Origin: a bacterium UBP13_UBA5359 | GTDB taxonomy: Bacteria > UBP13 > UBA5359 | DNA: 64,000 bases | Reading direction: 5' to 3' | Assembly: GCA_002410925.1 (NCBI GenBank) | Contig: DHPR01000033.1 | Location: 330,397-394,396, forward strand | The notes under the pieces: model-generated | Database searches by the model: none | Told to the model about the DNA's origin: nothing | Seen by the model: only the letters and a program-made list of their open reading frames with translations | Shown here: positions 62,349-64,000 of the stretch, in pieces | Layout: each line of letters starts with the position of its first letter | Position numbering within the stretch: the first letter of the stretch is position 1 | Made by a program: the position numbers and the translations under genes

Positions 62349-62440
62349 TTAAAAGAGCCTCCTCATTTCTTCATGCTCCATATTAAAAAGATTCGATTTC
62401 AAGATACTTTGTACGCGATTTGCATATGGAAGACCACCCA

Positions 62441-63025
62441 TTATTGCATGCTTGAATCAGAACCGCGATCGATGATCAAATTACAAACAAAAGATGTTAT
62501 CTCACTGCTGTTCCAGGTCGTTCCCTGCTTGTCATGCAACGTAAGGATATGAGCCATTCCAAATATGGCGCAAGCAGCCATTTCCGGTTGTCCTATTCCC
62601 AAATTACCTCTGATTAAAATACCTTGCAAAGACCGCTGCATTCGTGTCACAATGCCCGGCAGTAGTTCATGCAAACGTTCACCCATGCCGGCCAATTCGC
62701 GAAATGCTAATTTTATTATCGGTCCTCTGTTATGAGAAAAATCAACGTAATGCTTTATAAATCGGCGTAAAAGCACAGGCGGTTCTTCTTGTGCAGAAGC
62801 GATTACTTCCAAGCCCTTCACCAATTGTTCCATATCATGAACTACCAGTGATAGATATAGGTCCTCCTTGCTCGAAAAATAGTAATAAATCGATGCTTTG
62901 GAAATACCGGCGGCAGAGGATATTTCTCTCATGGATACACCCTTATATCCACTTTCCGCAAAGAGCTCTGCAGCGCACTTAATGATCCTATCTCTGGTAT
63001 AATCCGTTGCGTTTTCTTTTGCCAT
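62441..63025 (-). CDS. TetR/AcrR-family regulator
   Basis: RIIKCAAELFAESGY..SMREI...GISKASIYYYFSSKEDL HTH. Confidence 0.93.
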   Translation of the reverse strand: MAKENATDYTRDRIIKCAAELFAESGYKGVSMREISSAAGISKASIYYYFSSKEDLYLSLVVHDMEQLVKGLEVIASAQEEPPVLLRRFIKHYVDFSHNRGPIIKLAFRELAGMGERLHELLPGIVTRMQRSLQGILIRGNLGIGQPEMAACAIFGMAHILTLHDKQGTTWNSSEITSFVCNLIIDRGSDSSMQ

Positions 63026-63053
63026 TATCCTTCTCCCCAAAAGATCAGGCCAC

Positions 63054-63089
63054 CTGTCCGTCTGACTGACCGGTCAGTCAGACGGACAG
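63054..63089. promoter_or_regulatory. 36-bp perfect palindrome, probable TetR operator
   Basis: CTGTCCGTCTGACTGACC|GGTCAGTCAGACGGACAG, directly downstream of the -10 box. Confidence 0.8.
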
Positions 63090-63118
63090 ATTATATCTTT
63101 ATAGCGAACTATTGTCAA
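63090..63118 (-). promoter_or_regulatory. Consensus sigma70 promoter of the tetR-tolC-MFP-RND operon
   Basis: TTGACA-17-TATAAT. Confidence 0.85.
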
Positions 63119-63163
63119 GCGTTATTTCCGTACGGAGCTGAACCCTCGGTGTTCCGGCGCCTG

Positions 63164-64000
63164 CTAAGCAGTATTCCTGATCATCCCGCCAATTATTAAA
63201 AGTCTTCCTATCCGCTCTGCTGCTGCAGCTACGGCCTGCTCTGCATTTTCAAGCGCTGTCTCCAAATTCATACACTCCGTTACACAGCTAACAGCTATCA
63301 GAAGATCGCTCCAGGAAGAGAAATCATTTGCAACCGATCCTCCCACGGCCACTACCGGTAAGCTCAATTGCTCCGCCACAGATATCACACCCGATAAAAC
63401 TTTACCACAAGCGGATTGGGCATCAATTCTTCCCTCGCCTGTAAGAATAAGATCTGCCGCCCCGGCCTTAGCTTTAAAATCGAGGACATCCATCGTCAGC
63501 TCAATACCCGACCGTAATTTTGCATTAAGAAAGGCCATAAGTCCTGCTCCAAGGCCACCGGCTGCACCCGAACCCGGTATCTCTGCTATATCCAAGCCTA
63601 ACTGGCGCTTGATTACGGAAGCTAAATTTGCCAAGCATTCATCAAGATATGCGGCTATCTCGGGTGTAGCTCCCTTCTGATAACTGTAGATATGCGCTGC
63701 TCCCTGCAAGCCGCAAAGCGGATTTTTGACGTCACTGGCAACCAGAATCTCCGTCTCCGATAGGCGGCTATCCAAGTTACTGATATCCAATCTATCCAGA
63801 CGGCACAGCTCGCCACCACCCATTCCCAGAGCGCAACCATTGCTATCGAGAAATCGAATGCCTAATGCCTGGGCCATTCCCATACCGCCATCGTTGGTGG
63901 CGCTGCCGCCTATACCTATAATTAAACGACGGCAACCTTCATCCAAAGCAGATCTGATTAGCTGTCCAGTGCCATAAGAAGTGGCTCTCACCGGATCTAG
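63164..64000 (-). CDS. glxK: Glycerate kinase (3' part; 5' end outside the window)
   Basis: ATSYGTG, GGSATNDGG, DVKNPLCG, GAAGGLG, TGEGRID. Confidence 0.92.
   Translation of the reverse strand, partial: LDPVRATSYGTGQLIRSALDEGCRRLIIGIGGSATNDGGMGMAQALGIRFLDSNGCALGMGGGELCRLDRLDISNLDSRLSETEILVASDVKNPLCGLQGAAHIYSYQKGATPEIAAYLDECLANLASVIKRQLGLDIAEIPGSGAAGGLGAGLMAFLNAKLRSGIELTMDVLDFKAKAGAADLILTGEGRIDAQSACGKVLSGVISVAEQLSLPVVAVGGSVANDFSSWSDLLIAVSCVTECMNLETALENAEQAVAAAAERIGRLLIIGGMIRNTA

Overview
Bacterial chromosomal segment with almost all genes on the minus strand and one 82-N scaffold gap. Gene order and an L20 leader upstream of infC look Firmicutes/Terrabacteria-like, while TolC, an RND pump and a SurA-like chaperone suggest an outer membrane. 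Most of the window is housekeeping: proS-ispG-rseP-dxr-uppS (no cdsA), frr-pyrH-tsf-rpsB, topA-dprA, acyl-CoA dehydrogenase-etfB-etfA(Fd), serS, hisC-aroF-tyrA-aroA-cmk-plsC, dgt, thrS, PPi-PFK, tig-clpP-clpX, infC-rpmI-rplT, xseAB, a TetR-TolC-MFP-RND efflux operon, partial glycerate kinase, tRNA-Val(GAC) and tRNA-Gly(GCC). The main finding is a ~10.5 kb six-gene operon just downstream of tRNA-Val (37232-47779). It couples a B12-binding radical SAM enzyme and an atypical stand-alone ketosynthase (Cys-His-Gln, no ACP nearby) to a 7TM-sensor histidine kinase, a paralogous soluble kinase with degenerate ATP-binding boxes, a REC-HD-GYP phosphodiesterase and a hybrid kinase with a recently duplicated REC domain. 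The layout resembles RpfF/RpfC/RpfG signalling and is a candidate undescribed lipid-signal system. Other oddities: a stand-alone cyanophycin-synthetase N domain with its metal motif, a presenilin/SPP-like GxGD protease, a GGDEF protein with C-terminal MASE3, an unlisted 54-aa ORF before an orphan tadE, a decayed tRNA copy, and several long near-loopless palindromes. All family calls come from motif reading by eye; no database searches were run.
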